Positions 35,229 through 37,465 of a stretch of DNA of 37,465 nt are shown here, piece by piece. Origin of the DNA: a virus; the IMG/VR virus record IMGVR_UViG_3300029819_000015. One strand, 5' to 3'. How positions within the stretch are numbered: the stretch's first letter is position 1; the number at the start of each line of letters is the position of its first letter. The notes beneath the pieces were generated by a model. That model was given only the letters and a program-made list of their open reading frames with translations. It had not been told where the DNA came from and did not search any database. A program made the translations under genes and the position numbers.

Positions 35229-35459
35229 GTGATTGAATTGAAGGTTAAAAAATATGATTTTAATCAATGGTTGAAAGCTGCAGGTATTAGAGCAATCAAA
35301 ACAGTAGCTCAAACAGCAGTTGCGTTAATTGGAACGTCTACAGTGATGAATGAAGTCAACTGGGCAATGATCATCAGTGCTAGTTGCTTATCGGGTGTGG
35401 TTTCTATTCTAACAAGCGTTGCAGGACTTCCGGAGTTGGAAGAAATTGAAAGTGAGTAA
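35229..35459 (+). CDS. Holin (r1t-holin-like)
   Basis: AGIRAIKTVAQTAVALIG...WAMIISASCLSGVVSILTSVAGLPE. The start is either GTG 35229 or TTG 35238. Confidence 0.65.
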   Translation: MIELKVKKYDFNQWLKAAGIRAIKTVAQTAVALIGTSTVMNEVNWAMIISASCLSGVVSILTSVAGLPELEEIESE

Positions 35460-35461
35460 TT

Positions 35462-35821
35462 ATGTATGAATTTCTAATAAAAACTTATACGATTGTTCTT
35501 CCAGTTATTCTTTCGTATATTGTGTGGCTTTTACAAGAACAAAAGAAAAAATCAAAACAAGATGCAATTGAAAGAGATGAAAGAATCAGAAAAGAAAGAG
35601 AAATGCGAGAAGCTAACTCAAAAGGTACAATGCTCTTATTAAGAGTGAAATTGATTGAATATCATGAAAAGTATATGAAAAGGGGAGAAATTCCTACATA
35701 TGCATATGATAATTTCAATGAAATGTATGATGCATATCATGCGCTCGGTGGTAATGGTATGGTTACCAAAATGAAAAATGAGATAGAGCTTCTGCATTTA
35801 CAAAGCAAAGAGGGTAGTTAA
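35462..35821 (+). CDS. Membrane-anchored lysis-cassette protein of unknown function
   Basis: N-terminal TM segment TIVLPVILSYIVWLL, a charged linker, then a C-terminal LGGNGMVTKM domain. Confidence 0.55.
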   Translation: MYEFLIKTYTIVLPVILSYIVWLLQEQKKKSKQDAIERDERIRKEREMREANSKGTMLLLRVKLIEYHEKYMKRGEIPTYAYDNFNEMYDAYHALGGNGMVTKMKNEIELLHLQSKEGS

Positions 35822-36013
35822 ATACTCTCTTTTTATTTTAAAAAAGGAGCTAACTATATAAAATTCAAGTGATTTTATGAAAAAGTTTGAAAATATTTAA
35901 AAATTTGAATTTTCAGTTAGAAATGAAAGAGAACATTGAAAAGTGAATAGTGATTTGTAATTTTGGACATGCTGAAAAAGACCTCGAAAGGCCATTTTTA
36001 AAATTCTCAAGTA

Positions 36014-37198
36014 TTATCTCAACAGGTGAGAATCAAACTGCTGATTTGTTTTTAAAAGATGATAGATGATTCTAAGCAGCTTTCTTACACAATGTCCTTG
36101 AGCACAACGATGACCTTTGCCTTGAGAAATCTTTAACTGATAATACTTATTGAACACAGGATTGTGTCTTATTACAGGAAGTATTATCTGATATAGGGTC
36201 TTCCTTAAATATTTGGATCCTTTCTTGGTAATAGCTGTATGTTGTGCATTGAACTGACTTGATTCATAGTGTAAAGGAGCAACTCCTGCAAATTTAATGA
36301 TTTGAGAAGGCTTAGAATAGTTGCTTATATCTCCTAATTCCGCTAGAATAGAAGTACCAGAGAAGTGAGATATTCCTGGTATGGATAGGATAGGAGAGTT
36401 ATTTTGGATGGAGAACTCTTCTATTTTTTTATCTATTTCAGATAATTGCTCTTCTATGAGATCTATTTGAGCAGATAAATGTTTGATTTGAATAACTTCA
36501 GCTATTGAAGAAATTCCAATAGAAGATCTAGCACGTTCTTTAAGCCTTTCAGGAGTTAAAGAAATACGGTTGCCTCTGCCATCGATTTCAAAACATTTAC
36601 GGATGGTTCTAATATCAGTATTAGCGATATTTTCAGCACTACCAAATGTTTTAAGAATATTCATGTAGACAGTTCCATATTTTGACTTAAATAAGCTGTT
36701 AAATTCAGGAAAAACAATATCGATAGATTTTTGTAATCTGTTTTTATAAACATTTAATTCTTCTTTAAGATTGTGATGCTGTCTAGTCAGCTGTTTTTGT
36801 TCGTAAAGATCGAATTTGTTGACTTTAGTTATACGATACTGCTTTTTACGTTCAGGAGTATCAAGAACATCACAGATATTGATTGTATCGAGCTTATCAT
36901 TTTTAGTAATACCACCTTGCATCTTACGGTTGAGATCCGTTGTTTTGGGATTGATCAAAGCAACTGTATATTGCAAGTCTAGAAGGTATTTCAACAAAGC
37001 AAAATGATAATGTCCAGTATCTTCCATACCGATGATTACAGAATCTTTTGGATAAGATTTAATTTTTTGTAATAGGAAATCAAAACCTTCTTTATCATTG
37101 GAAAAGGAAGCAGGCTGAGAAACAATCTCACCAGAATCTTTATCCATGATACAGAAGAAATGTTTATTTTTTCCAATATCGATGCCAATTAATTTCAT
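36014..37198 (-). CDS. IS110-family DEDD transposase/recombinase
   Basis: MKLIGIDIGKNKH..., GMEDTGHY and KNDKLD (RuvC-like DEDD domain). C-terminal Transposase_20-like SIPGISHFSGTSILAELGD...AGVAP...SG. SD aaagga upstream of the ATG at 37198. Confidence 0.9.
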   Translation of the reverse strand: MKLIGIDIGKNKHFFCIMDKDSGEIVSQPASFSNDKEGFDFLLQKIKSYPKDSVIIGMEDTGHYHFALLKYLLDLQYTVALINPKTTDLNRKMQGGITKNDKLDTINICDVLDTPERKKQYRITKVNKFDLYEQKQLTRQHHNLKEELNVYKNRLQKSIDIVFPEFNSLFKSKYGTVYMNILKTFGSAENIANTDIRTIRKCFEIDGRGNRISLTPERLKERARSSIGISSIAEVIQIKHLSAQIDLIEEQLSEIDKKIEEFSIQNNSPILSIPGISHFSGTSILAELGDISNYSKPSQIIKFAGVAPLHYESSQFNAQHTAITKKGSKYLRKTLYQIILPVIRHNPVFNKYYQLKISQGKGHRCAQGHCVRKLLRIIYHLLKTNQQFDSHLLR

Positions 37199-37380
37199 AA
37201 ATAAAAATCCTTTCAAGATAAATTATGTGAAATGGTATCCACAACACTTAGACCATAAAACCTGGTTCAAAATAGGAATTCAAGACTCATCTAACTAATC
37301 ATTAATCAGGAATAAGGTGTGGTAAGGACCTCCTCGAAGTAGTCAAGCTACAAGGAATTACACAAATCCACATTCACATA
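37199..37380 (-). ncRNA. Candidate IS110 bridge RNA (5' leader of the transposase)
   Basis: About 180 nt of non-coding left end between a sigma70-like promoter and the transposase start. Locally GC-richer, with short stem-forming segments (e.g. gtag/ctac). Confidence 0.4.
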
Positions 37381-37465
37381 TTTCAATATTACAGAATACA
37401 CAAAACGTAATCAATCGCGGATAAATAAGATTGATAGAAAGGAATGTATATTGTTTATGACTACT
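37371..37465. repeat. Direct terminal repeat, copy 2
   Basis: Identical to 1..95. Confidence 0.95.
37386..37414 (-). promoter_or_regulatory. Sigma70-like promoter facing the transposase leader
   Basis: On the minus strand: TTGATT (37414..37409), 17 nt, TAATAT (37391..37386). The -10 is at the IS terminus and the -35 is in flanking DNA. Confidence 0.4.

Larger units (their letters stand above)
35930..37392 (-). mobile_element. IS110-family insertion sequence (boundaries approximate)
   Basis: DEDD transposase gene flanked by imperfect inverted repeats at 35934..35964 and 37354..37388. It interrupts the holin-endolysin interval. The left end lies inside the terminal repeat and so also appears at 1..~20. 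Confidence 0.7.

Noticed and set aside
35846-35905. aaggag SD at 35846..35851 and a 6-codon ATG ORF (35877..35897), considered as a displaced endolysin start
   Set aside because: There is no ATG at a functional distance from the SD, and the tiny ORF has no continuation across the IS. It may be a relic of the pre-insertion spacer, but this cannot be shown from this sequence alone.
36773-37007. Plus-strand ORFs 36773..36982 and 36816..37007
   Set aside because: They are antisense to the IS110 transposase gene, which has clear DEDD motifs.
1-37465. tRNA, rRNA or CRISPR arrays
   Set aside because: No cloverleaf-like GC-rich 70-90 nt segments and no regularly spaced direct repeats were seen. The only GC-rich islands are the cos candidate (18789..18924) and the IS leader.

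Overview
The window is one complete, strongly AT-rich tailed-phage genome, probably from a low-GC Bacillota host. It was assembled as a circle: bases 1..95 are identical to 37371..37465, so the unique length is 37370 bp and features wrap across the window ends.

Gene order:
- Endolysin and a small membrane protein (146..1304).
- A minus-strand lysogeny/immunity block (1441..3201) with an HTH protein, an unknown protein and an HExxH (ImmA/IrrE-like) metalloprotease.
- A long plus-strand early region (3321..18079). It holds an HUH rolling-circle Rep directly followed by a tyrosine recombinase, a PcfK-like (AcrIIA9-family) / PcfJ-like pair, an SNF2 helicase with a DNA methyltransferase, an HNH_3-like protein, a PAPS-reductase-like PP-loop protein, a dimeric dUTPase, a decayed MazF/PemK-like toxin gene and an ArpU-like late regulator.
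- A classical HNH/cos, HK97-type late module (18429..33289): HNH, TerS, TerL, portal, ClpP-like protease, capsid, connectors, major tail, a G/GT chaperone with a -1 frameshift, tape measure, Dit, Tal and an Ig-like fibre protein.
- Four small paralogous receptor-binding-like genes (33486..35168), interspersed with a (CA)9 and a G9 tract.
- A holin region (35229..35821).

An IS110-family insertion sequence (about 35930..37392, minus strand) sits between the holin genes and the endolysin. Its roughly 180-nt 5' leader is a candidate bridge RNA.

I saw no tRNA, rRNA, CRISPR array or reverse transcriptase. All functional calls rest on motifs and synteny read by eye; no database search was run.
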